Source of the DNA: Octopus sinensis
Taxonomy: Eukaryota
Direction of reading: 5' to 3'
Assembly (NCBI RefSeq): GCF_006345805.1
Contig: NC_043008.1
Location: forward strand, 75,082,001 to 75,146,000
DNA length: 64,000 nucleotides
The position numbers and the translations under genes were made by a program. The notes beneath the pieces are model-generated. The model had not been told where the DNA came from, did no database searches, and saw only the letters and a list, made by a program, of their open reading frames with translations. This document shows positions 11,672 through 25,245 of the stretch, one piece after another. Positions within the stretch are counted from its first letter, which is position 1. Each line of letters starts with the position of its first letter.

Positions 11672-13901
11672 ATTTATCTAGTTTCAGCTCACTAGCTGTG
11701 GCCATGCTGGGGCGCCGCCATTTGGTGTTGCTACATGATTTTACTTCACGAATGCTTTTTAGCAATTGCCATTTGATGCATGAGAGAGTTCGATGCAGCT
11801 GCCCTCATCTGCACCTCCTGCTGTGAAGTTGGTTTATCTGGGATACCTGACAAGAAGAGATCCAGTTTTATTTTAAAGACTTCTGCATCCACCCCATGCA
11901 GGTCTCTTAGGTTCTTCGGGAGGATATTGAAGAGCTGTGGGCCTCGGAAGTCCAGGCTATCACAGTATCTTGTCCTACATCTTTATGGCAAATTTGGAGT
12001 CCTTGGCACTATGCAGTGGCGCCCAGTTCTGGCAATTGTGTAACTCTCAATGCCAAAGTTTGGGACAAGTCCTTCTAGGATCTTCCAGATGTATATTATA
12101 GCATATCTTTCTCGCCTACGCTCTAAGGAATAGAGTCTCAATCTCTTGAGTCTTTCCCAATAGCTTATATGCTGCACAGAGGCTATCTTCTTCGTGTAGC
12201 TTCGTTGGATCGCCTCAAGTTCTGTGATTAACTTGACACTGGATGGTGACCATAGCTGAGAGCAATAGTCAAAGTGGCTTAGGACAAGTGTCCTCCAGAG
12301 TACCATCATGGTTTCCTGGTCTCTTGTTCTGAAGGTTCTAAGAATCCATCCGGTCACCCGCCGACATTTCATTGCCAATTTAGCAACATGCACATGAAAG
12401 GTTGCATCATCACTCATGTAAATACCCAGGTCTCGCACTGATTGTGCCTCTGGGATTGCAGTCCCTCCAGGTCCAGTGTATTTATTGGGTATTGCATTTA
12501 GTTTTGCGTGCTGATAGCATAGAGCTTGAAACTTTTCAGCATTGAACTGCATGCTATTCTTTTCAGCCCACTTGTATATTTTGTCCAGCTCACATTGCAG
12601 GTGTTTAGTGTCTTCAGGGTTCTGTATTGCCTGTGAAATCTTTGTATCATCTGCATAACTTGTGATCGTGGCTCTCTGCGTGGCTGAGGGCATGTCTGAG
12701 AGGGCCATTATGATCAGTAGTGGTCCCAAAACAGTACCCTGCGGAACACCGCTCACTTCAATCCTTCAGAAAGTCATGAAGCCACTCTCCCAATTTTGCA
12801 ACTATGCCAAGATCACGCAGTTTGTGACATAGCATTCCATGATCGACTTTATCAAAGGCCTTTGCAAAGTTGAGTTATATGACTTCCACATTTGAGTGGT
12901 TGAGCAGTCGTTTCAGCACCCAGTCATAGTGTTGTAGGAGCTGTGTTAAGCAGCTTCTTTCTGGTCGGAAACCTTGTTGAGTGTCAGGCAGCAAGTCATT
13001 TTCTTCAAGGAAGGTGATTAGTTTCCTTCTGACTATTCGTTCCATGACCTTGCTGATGTGTGAGGTCAGAGAGATAGGTCTGTAGTTCTTGGCCTCCGCT
13101 CTGCTACCTCCTTTATGAATAGGGCATATTTTACCTTCCTTCAGTTTTCTTGGAAGTTTGCCAGTTGCAAGGAAGCTCTGAAAGAGGAACTGCAGTGGTC
13201 TTACTAGGACTCTCTTACATACATTTAGAAGAATTGCTAGGAATCCATCTGGGCCAGTAGCCGAGTTTGTTTTCATTTCATCAATAGCCTTTATTACATC
13301 GTCTTCCTTTATGTTGATGTAATCAATCATTGCTGCTTCCGATTTTATATCTGCAGTGGTAAAGAAGTCAGTTGGATTGCTGACTTGAAAATGCCCTAGG
13401 GGTGGCGTGAAAATACTCTTGAATTGCTCATTTAGTATTTCACTTACCCTCATTTACCCTCAGCTGTTTCTTTGGCATACCTGTAGAAACCTCTGGGGTT
13501 AGATTTTATGTTGTCTATAGCCCAGGCTTCTTTGTCTGCTCTTTCTTTTTCATGGGAGAGTTGCAGACATTTTTCAATTTCCAACAGTTTTATTTTCAGG
13601 CGGGACTTTTCACTTCCGCATCTGCTATGTCCGGTTTCAAGTGTGTTTCCGTAAGTGCTATGCATAGGGATTGATTGCATGCAACAAAGTCTCTCAAGAA
13701 CGGGATTTCTGTCCTGTTACTGAGTGTTAGCAGTCCTCTGATGTTCAGTAGGAGCATCGAGGTGAGGTGTATGCTGTTGCCGGCGGTGTCCATCTTGGGT
13801 CTATTTGCTGTGGTGGTCTTGTGTATTGTGGATCGTCCCATCTGCGAGTTTGAGTTTGATGGAGCCAGGTTAGCTGCTGTACAATCTTTTGTGCCATGCA
13901 C
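11672..13901 (-). mobile_element. CR1/L2-group LINE, ORF2 with internal deletions
   Basis: APE start LLLNIRGL...IALTETHL is joined directly to the linker, so most of the endonuclease is deleted. RT motifs NYRPISLTSHISKVME, QQGFRPERSC, SGVPQGTVLGP and YADDTK are present. The C-terminus runs to about 11745, followed by a short 3' UTR. Confidence 0.9.
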
Positions 13902-13933
13902 AAAAAAGATATATATATATATTCATACAATAT

Positions 13934-14132
13934 GCTAGATGTAGACCCCCATGTATTCTGACCACAAAGAAAAGATTGTTCTCAATAAAATTCACATAAA
14001 ACCTGGTGTGTAACTAATCATTATATTTCGTATCTTTTCAATTGGCTTACTCGCTTACGTTCTGGCGTTTGCTGAATTTTCTTGAGAACAATCTTTTCTT
14101 AGTGGTCAGACCATATGGGGTCTACATCTAGC
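13934..14132. mobile_element. Small MITE (about 200 bp)
   Basis: About 55-bp imperfect TIRs GCTAGATGTAGACCCC...AGAAAAGATTGTTCTCAA at both ends. Confidence 0.8.
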
Positions 14133-14539
14133 TTATTGGATGTCCACTTAGTTGTCATCCCTCTAATATTCATGTATTGTGATTTTTCTGAATCTTCAGA
14201 TGTTTTCAATATGCTAGGCCACTGGTTTAAATTGATATTAATCAAAATAATATTCAATTTTTTTACCCTTATTATTTAAATATATATATATTTTTTTCAC
14301 AGTTAGTAAATATTATGTCTAATAAATTCTTTTAATTCAACTCACTAATAAAATAAATCACCATATACTAGCTAATTATGATTCTATATTAATAGAAATG
14401 GATATATATATATAAATATGAAATGATTTCTATATTTTCTATCCCTATATAAGATACTAATATTTATTGAAATTCTTTAGAAAATTATCTAAAGGATATT
14501 TACTTAAAATTCTTAATATAGAATTTGGCTGTTAAATGG

Positions 14540-14870
14540 TAAGGGACATTCGATTCCCAGACCAGGCATTGTAAGTGTTTATTGAGTAAAGACACCTAAA
14601 ACCACACGAGGCGCCGGGAGGGGAGGTGGTGGCGAACCCTGCTGTACTCTTTCATCACAACTTTCTTTCACTCTTTCCTCCTGTTTCTGTTGTACCTGTA
14701 TTTCAAAGGGCTAGCCTTGTAACACTCTGTGTCACGCTGAATCTCCATGAGAACTACGTTAAGGTTACACGCATCTGTGGAGTGCTCGACTTCTTGCACG
14801 TTAATTTCACGATCAGGGTGTTCCGCGGAACGGATCAACTGGAACCCTCGTCGCCGGAGTGCCACGTATA
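14540..14870 (+). mobile_element. SINE (family ending GGAACCCTCGTCG)
   Basis: Homologous to the inverted copy at 24945-25245. It has a TTCGATTCCC B-box-like head. Confidence 0.7.
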
Positions 14871-14922
14871 TCAATATATATATATATATATAATATATAT
14901 ATATATATATTATATATATATA

Positions 14923-14957
<35 letters not shown>

Positions 14958-15009
14958 TAAATTATAAGGCATTTATGACTCTCCTCAGACACAACAGAAT
15001 ATATATATA

Positions 15010-15085
15010 CCATAGTGGATGTCGGTGTTCTTAAAACAAAACTAGATCTCTTCCTGTCGAGGGCTCCAGATGAACCTACTTCATG
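15010..15085 (+). mobile_element. Short 3' fragment of the CR1-type LINE family
   Basis: VDVGVLKTKLDLFLSRAPDEPTS matches VDAEVFKIKLDLFLSGIPDKPTS at about 11830-11900. Confidence 0.6.
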
Positions 15086-15234
15086 GCGGGGTGAGGGTGG
15101 GGACAGAGCGTGCAAATGGGTGCAGCAACATTAACTTCCCCTGTTCACCAAATGCCACATATGCGAGCAGAACACCAATGCTCTTGCATCGCCGCAGCTT
15201 TGAGCTGAAATCGATAAACGAAATAAAAGGAAGC

Positions 15235-15345
15235 CAGGTGGTGTAGACGACAAACAGATGTATTACCATAACGCCCGGGAAGTGAAAAAGTCTTTAACGT
15301 TTCGAGCCTACGCTCTTCCACAGAAAGGAACCCGGAAAGAAACAT
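15235..15345 (-). mobile_element. Non-autonomous repeat with a hammerhead-like motif (probably Penelope-derived)
   Basis: UUUCUGUGGAAGAGCGUAGGCUCGAAACGUUAAAG. A homologous copy lies at about 49270-49345 on the plus strand. Confidence 0.55.
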
Positions 15346-15421
15346 GGAGAGAAAAAAAAGAATGTGTAGTGGCTAGCGATCTACACACACACACGTATAA
15401 ATACATACACACACATATATG

Positions 15422-15459
<38 letters not shown>

Positions 15460-15587
15460 TATATCTGTATTTATACATCAATACATATGTATATATATAT
15501 ACTTATATATATACCAATATATATATTAGAAATATTGCATTTCTAAATCTCTGAGAGAGACTTATACAACAGCAGCACGATAAAGTG

Positions 15588-15669
<82 letters not shown>

Positions 15670-15740
15670 CATATACATACACATATATATATAAATGCAT
15701 ATCGCTATATATATATATATATATATTATAAATATATATG

Positions 15741-15829
<89 letters not shown>

Positions 15830-15889
15830 CATACATATATATATATATATAATATTATATATATATAATATATATTATATATATTACAT

Positions 15890-16396
15890 AGTAATTTAAG
15901 AGAGGTTGGGTATAAATACCCCTTGCTAAAAATCAAAGCCACAGCTTCAAAAAATCCACCATAAATATTATAATAAAGATACACACGAGCAATGCAATGA
16001 ATATTTCAAAAATAGGCTTACCTTTGAATGGAATACTGTATATAACGGTAATAATACAACTTCACTTAAATTTTTATTGTTTACGATAATTTCTTTTAAA
16101 CGGAGTGGGTCGTTTATAGTTAGAGCCGCACACGAGTTGACGTAGTGAATATTTTAGAAATAGATGTTTAATACTGTTTTCAACAGAAGATCACAAAGCA
16201 TATTTATCATGCAAAGCGTGAAATCAATTGTTATTGAAAAATGTATTACTTATCATTATATTCCATTCAGAGGAAGCCTATTTTTGAAATATTCATTGCA
16301 TTGCTCGTATCTTTATTATAATAATTATGGTGTTTTTTAAGCTGTGGCTTTGATTTTTAGCAAGAGGTATTTATACCCTACTTCTCTTAAATTACT
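15890..16396. mobile_element. MITE (about 507 bp) with long TIRs
   Basis: About 145-bp imperfect inverted arms AGTAATTTAAGAGAG...GAATGGAAT and the reverse complement at 16259-16396. Confidence 0.85.
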
Positions 16397-16497
16397 TTAT
16401 ATTGTACCTGTAAAGGTTGCAACTTTCTAGCCACCTCATTATTACTGTATATAACGGTTACGGTAATAATACTACTTATATATATATACATATATAT

Positions 16498-16531
<34 letters not shown>

Positions 16532-16636
16532 GTAAATGCACACACATACACAAAGGTACCTTTGTATATATATATATAGGCGAAATGAACATCAGAGCTG
16601 CTTTGCTTTTTAATCAGTTACTTTTATTTTTCACTT

Positions 16637-17010
16637 GTTACCTCAGTCTTAACGAAGGCGGTGGTATTGTTTTCGGTCGTGTTTGTTTGCTTGTTTGTTT
16701 GTCCTTGGACAAGATATCTCAAGAACTGTTGGATGAATTCCGATGAAATTTTTCAGGGATGTTTGGCCTCGTGACTTGCATGAATGGATTAGATTTTGGG
16801 ATCGATCCGGTACCAGACAAGGATTCTGAATTATGTTTCCTATTTGGTACTTAATTTTTGTGAGCAGTCGGGTTCATTCTTAGTATTCTCGTTTGTGAGA
16901 GCAGTTGAGTTGATTTGAGATATTCTCATTAAAAAAAAAAAATCCCTGGCTAATCGTTGAGTGGACGCTGGTGTTACTTTGGTGGAGGTTTGTGCTCTTG
17001 TTTTAGTTAT
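16637..17010. mobile_element. Non-autonomous DNA element of the TTACCTC...GGAGG / GGAGGT...TAGTT type (Crypton- or Helentron-like)
   Basis: Terminal motifs and the internal GTTTGTTTG...GATGAAATTT pattern are typical of this class. Assignment is by recall of motif style only. Confidence 0.35.
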
Positions 17011-17019
17011 TAAATTGGG

Positions 17020-17490
17020 GCCATGCTGAGGCAGCGCCTTAATGGGCTTAATCGGACAAATTAGACACAGTATGTTTTTTGAAGTCTGTTATTCTATTGG
17101 CTCTTTTTGTTGAACCGCTAACTTGCGAAGTCAGAGAGAAACCAATACCAGTTGTCAATCGGCGCTGTGTAAATACCTCCATCACAAAGACACACACACA
17201 CACACGCACACATATACACACATATACGCACGCATGTACGTTAGTATGTATGTATGTATGTACGAATGTATGTATGTATGTAGTATGTATGTATGTATGT
17301 ATGTATGTATGTATGTATGTATGTATGTATGTATGTATGTATACACGATGGCGTCTTACATTTTCCGTCTGTCAAATCCACTCACAAGGCTCTAGTTGGT
17401 CCGGGCTTATAGTAGAAGACACGCAAGTCGGACTGAACGCAGAACTATGTGGTCGGGAAGCAAACTTGTTATCACATAGCCACGCTTGCG
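17020..17490 (-). mobile_element. Bipartite SINE with an internal (TATG)n expansion
   Basis: Same head, core and tail motifs as 11100-11490. Confidence 0.7.
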
Positions 17491-20400
17491 TGTATATATT
17501 AATGAATAAATGTGTGCTTGTGCATCTGTGTATGCTGTATGTTTGATCGAATGGTTTACAAAATTATTACGCTATGCAATCAGGACATTTATGTCTATGT
17601 AAGTGAGTTACGCCACTTCCGCACAAAAGTCACTTTAATAAAATCTTAGTTCTCATCAAACACATGCACACAGACAAACATAATAAAGTGTGTACTTCTT
17701 TTTAATCATAATATAATGCAACATAGAAACCTATTATAATTCCATATAATATTCATATTGCAATGATAAAAGAGAGAAAATGAATAAAAAGTATTTATAG
17801 AGCCAACACAAAACTTATATGTTTATGTAATTCTCGATGAGGCAGAATTCAATCCATGTTCGAGATTTTTATAACTTACATTAAGAGCACTATAAGTTAA
17901 ACATGGCACGTTATAAGGCCAGAAACAACAATAATAGCATTCAAAGTAAAGGAACAGTAGAGGAAATGTAATACGATCAGACTGTCACTCTGCATTTCAC
18001 AGCATGTTGGATAGGGGACATTGAAGTTCTCATAGGGAGAAACAGAGTGTATCACAGGTACACGGTTTTGTACACTGCACTCGGTTCCGCCGTACTAATT
18101 ATATATTGTTTGACTGCATAATCGGTTTGTGTGTGTGTGTGTGCGTGTGTGTGTGTATAATAGACCTGTCACTAGTTGTTCAATTGTGCAATCTGTTTGT
18201 GTACCTGCTTGTGTGTACTTGTGTGCGTGTGTTTGTGTGCTGTGTATCTATCTCTAGTTGTTCAACTGTACCATAAGTATATTCGACCAGAGTCGAAATG
18301 AGAGTACAAAACAACATCACGAATCCCAGTAGTAGCAGCAACAGCAGAAAAACTACAATAACACTAACAAAAACAGCAACTAAAACATCAGTAAAGCAAA
18401 AAATAAAAACAAAAACATAAAAAAGCAATATCATTACTTACCACCTTAACATACACGACTCTATTTACAACAACAACAATGGTCTCTGTATATCACAATA
18501 TATAAATATTTACGAGAACAACAACCACTACATTGCTCTCAAAGACAACGGCAACATTAGCGACATTAATAACTCCATCATCCACAATATCCCCAGTAAC
18601 AACAACAGCAACAACAACGGTAGCAACAACAAGAAGTGCAATAACAACATAAACAACAACAGCATAAACAGCAAAAACAATAATGGCAGCAGCATGACTA
18701 AGATTTCCAACGTTTAGCTTCATTCCATTGTGAATGAAATGATTCTTGTTGAAAGGATGGTATTGATTTTGGAATCAAGCTGGATGGAACAGCAAGATCT
18801 GGTCCGCTAATAACTTTATTTACAAGACATCAGAAGAATGAGGGTATAATTTGTTATTAGCTTAGCGCGCAGCTCTCGTTTCTACGCTAATAGCTAGAAT
18901 CAAGTTCGACCATTATTCTTGCTTTAGCTACAATTATCTGCAGAGTTGCCATCATCGTTATTCTTCCCACCGACCTCTTTAGTCTACGATAGCTCCAGAT
19001 GAAAGGTGAGACAAACTTAATTCTGTACTGATGTTTATCTTTTCTCCTTTTCCGTGTTTCTAATATCGTGGAATTTAACCATCTTTATATTTTGAAACTG
19101 GAGATTTGCAGATTCGCTGCAAGAACAATCTTTGGGCAGAGAATTCAAACCAATAACCAAAACGTCAAGGGTTCACAACTTGATCATGAACCCAGCTAAG
19201 CTGAGTTCATGATTAAGTTAATTAGTCTTTAACTAGCCAAGTTAATTAAAGTTTAGACGATTTGTTAACAAAAATGTTACAATCGTGGGCTTCAAACAGC
19301 AGGATCAGTAGAATACAGATGGATGTGTTATTTGTTTGCAGTGCAGATTTAAAACTTTATATGGACACGTATAGCTCGACGAAGGATGGAATGCACCGGA
19401 CTGACTTGTCCAAATTACGATCTATGAACGACTTGGACACTATCTACTTTCTCTTGACTAATACAAAAGTTTACACTATATGTCTTCCCTATTAACGTCA
19501 TCATATGTATTATATTCATTGCGCTATTAACCCGACAAAGACTTTTGACGAAATACAGCTCAGATCTGTACCTTAGTATCAAACCCATTTACTACTGACT
19601 GGACTGATCTTACTGAAGTGAAATGTTTCGGCTATAGGTACAGAATAACATCTTTTATGGGACATGAATTGCCACTCCTTTGAACAGTAATCGGAAGTCT
19701 TTTTTATTCAGTTAACTACAATTCCATATGTTATTTTAACAAAACTACAGAAATGAATAGTAAAATTGGTTTCAATGTGATTTGAAGTCAGTGTGTAGTG
19801 GACGTACTTCAACAAATGTAACATGAAACCTGGTTTCTTCAGCACCATCCTGGAGTTAAATAAGCTTATTAATAAATATTTTCTTTGGAATTTCAAATTA
19901 CTTTCTCGAGTTTTAAAACATAATGAGTTTAAGCGGGGTGAAACGATGTGATAAGTTGTAAAGTAGGCGTTACTTAGCAAATACGGAATGTCAACAGTGC
20001 AAATCAACGCCAAATAGGAAAACTCTATTAGTGACAGAGAAAGTCTTACAGAAGACAAAGATTTTCTTGTTAGCAAGTTGACAAGGTATTCAAATTGTTA
20101 TCGATTATTGGATCGTATTTACACTTTATTTTTTTTACATGTACTTAGATAACCTTTTGGAATTAATCTATTGGTTGAAATGTTAAACCTATTAACCTTT
20201 TGCTTATTATTACATTTCTCTGATATTAGGAGATGATACTTAAATGTTTACTATTAGAAAGAAAGAGCAACTCGGGAGGAATATGGTCGACTGACCACCA
20301 ACAGTGATGTTTACTGGTAACCAACTTGGGCGGAACTGGTAATGGTTTGCGTCGCTATTAATATTATTGGAAATAATAAATAATAGATCATCTTGGAAGT

Positions 20401-23400
20401 ACTGTGGAATGAAATAAACTTTCACTGATTTAGTCAATGGACTGCCGTCGTGCTGGGACACCTCCGTCAGGGATATTTAGCCAACATTATTGGTTTCAGA
20501 ACTTATTTCCGTTTAGTACTTAATTTTATCGATAATTATTGATATATTTTTGTGGAGGTACAAAGCTACAGTTTCAGTCAAAAGATGCAATTCGAACACC
20601 AATTTATACCGGTGAACATAAGCACACATATACAAGCACTCGTTACACACATATGTTTAACATTTCGCAAACAACTTTCAAGTAGCGAGTCACAGATAAT
20701 ATCTAATTTTTTTGTCATTTTAGTGTCATCAAAGGGGTAGCAGCCAATTTAAAACCAGCTCCATATACATGGCAGAGGGGATGTGTTTGCGATGTGACCC
20801 AAACTAAGAAAACATTCCACATTTACTCATTCAGAATGTTGCGGTAGAATTAGAAGACAAGCGCGTGGTAAGTGAGACGTGACAACAACCTGAATCAATT
20901 ATTTAAAGAACCGAGTTCAATTAAAATTAACCGGTTTAGAGTTACTGTATTGGAAATATTAATCAGGACAGCCTCAGAAATAGTTGTGAGGTTAAGAAGT
21001 TTATTTCACAACTACATAGTTTAGATCCCGCTGCTCAAGAGTTTTGCCTTAGACATCTTAATTCATAACTTTCACTAATCCTTTATAGCAGCTAAGTGTG
21101 GCGCTTCCACCGAACCATCATGTCCAAATGTCAGCAGCTGGAGACAACCCTGACACCTGGTGCTCAATTTCATCTACTCTTGGTTCAGGACTGTCAAATA
21201 GTTCAAAGGGCGAACTGTAAAAAGAAACGGTTTCATAAATAACTGACGTGTTGTCGCGGAAGGTTTATACAACTCCATATCTGAGTAACTCTTAAAGAGA
21301 TCACCCAAATATAGCAAAACTATTGTACTTATTGGTTTACCAACAATGTCCACAACCGTTCTGGCATGTCAATGGCGGTATCATTTGGATCTGATAGCTC
21401 ACTTCCGCAAGATAGTAACCCACATTTGCAGGTAAGTGTTTCCCTATTTTTATGTCGGCTACTGATGCTGTCTACATCAGTATGAAGGATTCTTGGAGTT
21501 TGTAGATGATCCATTTATTTCCGCTTAAACTCATAAAACCATCTATCTTTTCATTTGAACTTTCATCTACTGCTTTCTTTCGAACGGCAGTGTAAATGTC
21601 GCAATCTCTCCTTAGTCAGCTTTTGTTACAAATGACACTGGGAATATATCGACATATCTGACAATACTCTGTTAAACTTCATAACAGTCTATAGAACTAA
21701 AAAACAAACATAAGTGGCGCCAGCGACACTTGTTTCTGTTATATCTGTGACATTTAATGAATGAACGATGGTTCTTTTTTTCTGTCTAGAGCGTTGGCCT
21801 CATTTACCTGTTTCGCTTTATAGAATTGTCTTTGCTTAAATCAGACAATTTCACAATTCTGCGTAAACTATTCCTCTGCTTAGGTAAGACATGCTGTTGA
21901 AACCCACAATACACAATACACATCGCTAACCATTCAACTGATACTGATATGACCAGTCTCCTATAAACGCTCTTCTCACAATAGGGATTAACATCTTAAT
22001 ATTTCACTTCTACACAATATTATCAATATTATTACCTATAATGTTCGCTTCTGTTTCAAAAATATCATGTCTCTGCTCGTTGTTACAGTTTCGTCTCCAA
22101 ATTGTCAACCTCATAATTTCATTTCAGACCACTACCTCACAAGACACACCAATTTAGAAAACATTCGAAACCTGCTTGGCATTTCTGTTTGATATATTTA
22201 GTTTCTGATCTCTTCACAAGTACAAAAGATTTAATGTAACTCAGATTTAATGTAACACAATATTTCTTACACATTTGTCAGTACAATACATATCTCGATT
22301 GAATAAAAGAAAAAAGAAAAAAAACAGAAAGTAGAAAATGATATATTTTTATCCAACACGAATACTGAAGCAAACAGCAATAAAATTACAATATTTCCAG
22401 GAAGATTTAAAATGATTTTCACTTTTATTTTTTAATCAACAAACAAATGATTGTTTAACTCGTGAGTTGTGTGTCAAATAATAACATCCGTTTTATTGGA
22501 ATCAATTTTATTTGGCAATAAAGTAGTAAAGTAATCTAAGGAAGCATTAGATAGAGGAGAGCAAAGTGTAACAATAGCGTAACTAAATGCACAATGTGAC
22601 GGGAATGAAAAGTTAGTGAACAAGCGATCGTTTTACTTAAAAATGGATGTGATTTCAAAACGAATTAAAAAAAAGGGGAAATCAAAACGAATACAATAAG
22701 AAATTAGAAAATAAAACATACTTTCTCATTCCATTTCAAAGTATCCTAAAATACTGTGTAGCTAAAGGTTATTTCCATTAAATAGGTTTTAGTTAAAAAG
22801 CTGTTTCATGAGAAAACATAAGATCTACAAGCCGAAATGATTTGAGACCAAACACTTATTTTAAAATGGCTGTCTTATGATGCAAAATAATAGTTTCCGT
22901 TTTAAGGGCAGTTGTTCTTTTTTTCATATACGAGATGAATTATATGTCCGAGAAAGATATTTTGTTGCTAGCGATAATCAATGTTTTTGTTCTCTCTTTG
23001 GTAGGATTAAGAGGGTATGAATCAACTATTTTAAGTTACACCAGCTGCGAAAGCCTTTTATCAAGAAAATTTAACATTTCTATGCACAAATACAGATATG
23101 TTCAGAGGTTTCTTTTACAACAATATAAAACCTACTTGACGAGAAGAATGCAACACTTTATAATGATTTTAGTTTGGACACCAGAACATTTTTATGTCTA
23201 TATGTATATTCAAATAACCGTATTCATACTCATGCTGCACACACTAACATATACATACTTATAAATGTTAGTATATAACTATTCGTACATAGAGATTAGC
23301 TGTGGGCGCTGCCAAAGTGAGTTATCATCATCAAACGAATAGACATATACATACCTACATATGTATACCTACATATACATACCTACATATGTATACCTAC

Positions 23401-23569
23401 ATATACATACCTACATATACATGTGAATGTATGAATGTAAATATTTATACATACACACATTTTAAGATATATACACTCATACATACATACATACATACAT
23501 ACATACATAAATACATACATACATACATACATACATAAATACATACATACATACATACACGTACGTGAA

Positions 23570-23800
23570 GTCGTGTGCTTCCTGACTAGTGCATTACACT
23601 CATGATTGCAAGATCGTGGTTTCGATTCCCGGACAGTACAATGTCTTCTTGAGCAAAACACTTCATTTCAGCTTGCTTCAGCCGATCAGCTGTAAATGAG
23701 TTACCCTGCGACGGACTGACACCCTGTGCAGGGAGGACGTCGTGATCTAGGTCACCTGTACGCTACTGGCCCGCTTGTCTAGGTAGTGAGGTGACAGTTT
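23570..23800 (+). mobile_element. tRNA-derived SINE with CORE-like and V-like central segments
   Basis: GGTTTCGATTCCCGG B-box, TTGAGCAAAACACTTCATTTCA and CCCTGCGACGGACTG...CCTGTGCAGGG. Confidence 0.6.
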
Positions 23801-24344
23801 GAAACAATGTAAGGATGCATAAACAGCGACTCATACGTACACACACACACGCACGCACACATACACATACACATATACGTATATACATACAAACACACAC
23901 ACGACACATGCATCTAATAGAACCCATTTTTTAAACATATGTTCTAGTTTTGTTTTCAGTATTACTTTATTTAACCTATTTTCCTGAGTTCCTTACATTT
24001 TGCAAACTTCTCAAATCAACTTTCATAAGCCAGTCAGGATAAAGTGTTGATATTATTGGCATATATTGCTGCTTCTTTATAGATTATAGCCAATACGGTT
24101 AGTATTGATATTTCCAACAGAAATCTAACACAGAACATAAATTTAGTTTTCTGCGAACGATCTATACACCATCAGATAAGTGTTTTATTTTATTTTTTTA
24201 CTGAATGGTGCTTTCGTTTATTCTACCATTATAATGTGTTATGAGCATTGTTTCACTATTATTCTGAATATCTGTGAGTTAGTCACACAACACAAAACTA
24301 AGCAAGAAAATTTTTGTAAACAACACATCAATACTATCTTTTAT

Positions 24345-24615
24345 TTGTTTCAGTCATGAAACCCCATGACTCCAATACACAACTCCAATACACATTTTTC
24401 TGCTGAAGTCAGGTACTTGTTCTGTCGGTCTCTTTTGCGGAACCGCTATTGTACGAAAACAGCGACATTGGGTGTCAAGCGGCGGTGGGTGACAAGCACA
24501 ATTTCCGTCTACCAAATCAACTCGCAGGGCTTTGGTCGGCCAGGGGCTATAGTAGAAGACATCTGCCCAAGGTGCCACGCAGTGGGAATGAACCTGGAAC
24601 CTTCTTACCAAACAG
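24345..24615 (-). mobile_element. Bipartite SINE
   Basis: Homologous to 11100-11490 and 53085-53475. Confidence 0.7.
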
Positions 24616-24944
24616 CCACTCATGTTTTCTTAAAACAAATACAATTAATGACAGGACCAATGCTCATAGAACATCAAACTGCAAAAGAAAACTTACTAGG
24701 AACATTATCAGGTTAAAAAAAGGACCAAAGCGATAAAAATTCTTATGGTAGAAACGTCAAATTTCGATGTTAGTATCAGCATTAATCCCACAGACCCAAC
24801 TTATTTTAAAGTAGGAGTAACACACGTCGGATTATTTTATCCGAAAGATGAGGTCCTGAAACTGGACAAAAATGATCTAGGACATGAAACTTTTACAGGT
24901 CTGAACAGACAGCAAGGAAGTCATAAAAGAACATGAAGAAAAAT

Positions 24945-25245
24945 CGGATACGACGACGAGGGTTCCAGTTGATCCGAACAACAGAACAGTCTGCTCGGGA
25001 AATTAGCGTGCAAATGCCTGAGCACTCCACAAACAAGTGCGACCTTAACGTAGTTCTCAGGAAGACACAGAATGCAACAAGGCTGGCCCTTCGAAATACA
25101 GATACAGTTAATTTTGCCAGCTGAGTGGACTGAATCAATGTGAAATAAAGTGTCCTGCTCAAGGACACAACGCGTCGCCGGGAATCGAAATCACGATCTT
25201 ACGATCGTGAACCGAATACCCTAACCATTGAGTCACGCACCTTAC
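24945..25245 (-). mobile_element. SINE (GGAACCCTCGTCG-tail family)
   Basis: tRNA-like head, CCTTGAGCAGGACACTT core and a 3' part homologous to 14690-14865. Confidence 0.7.

Noticed and set aside
23575-23640. tRNA-like heads with A/B-box motifs (also in other SINE copies)
   Set aside because: They continue into SINE core and tail sequence and do not form complete cloverleaves, so they are not tRNA genes.
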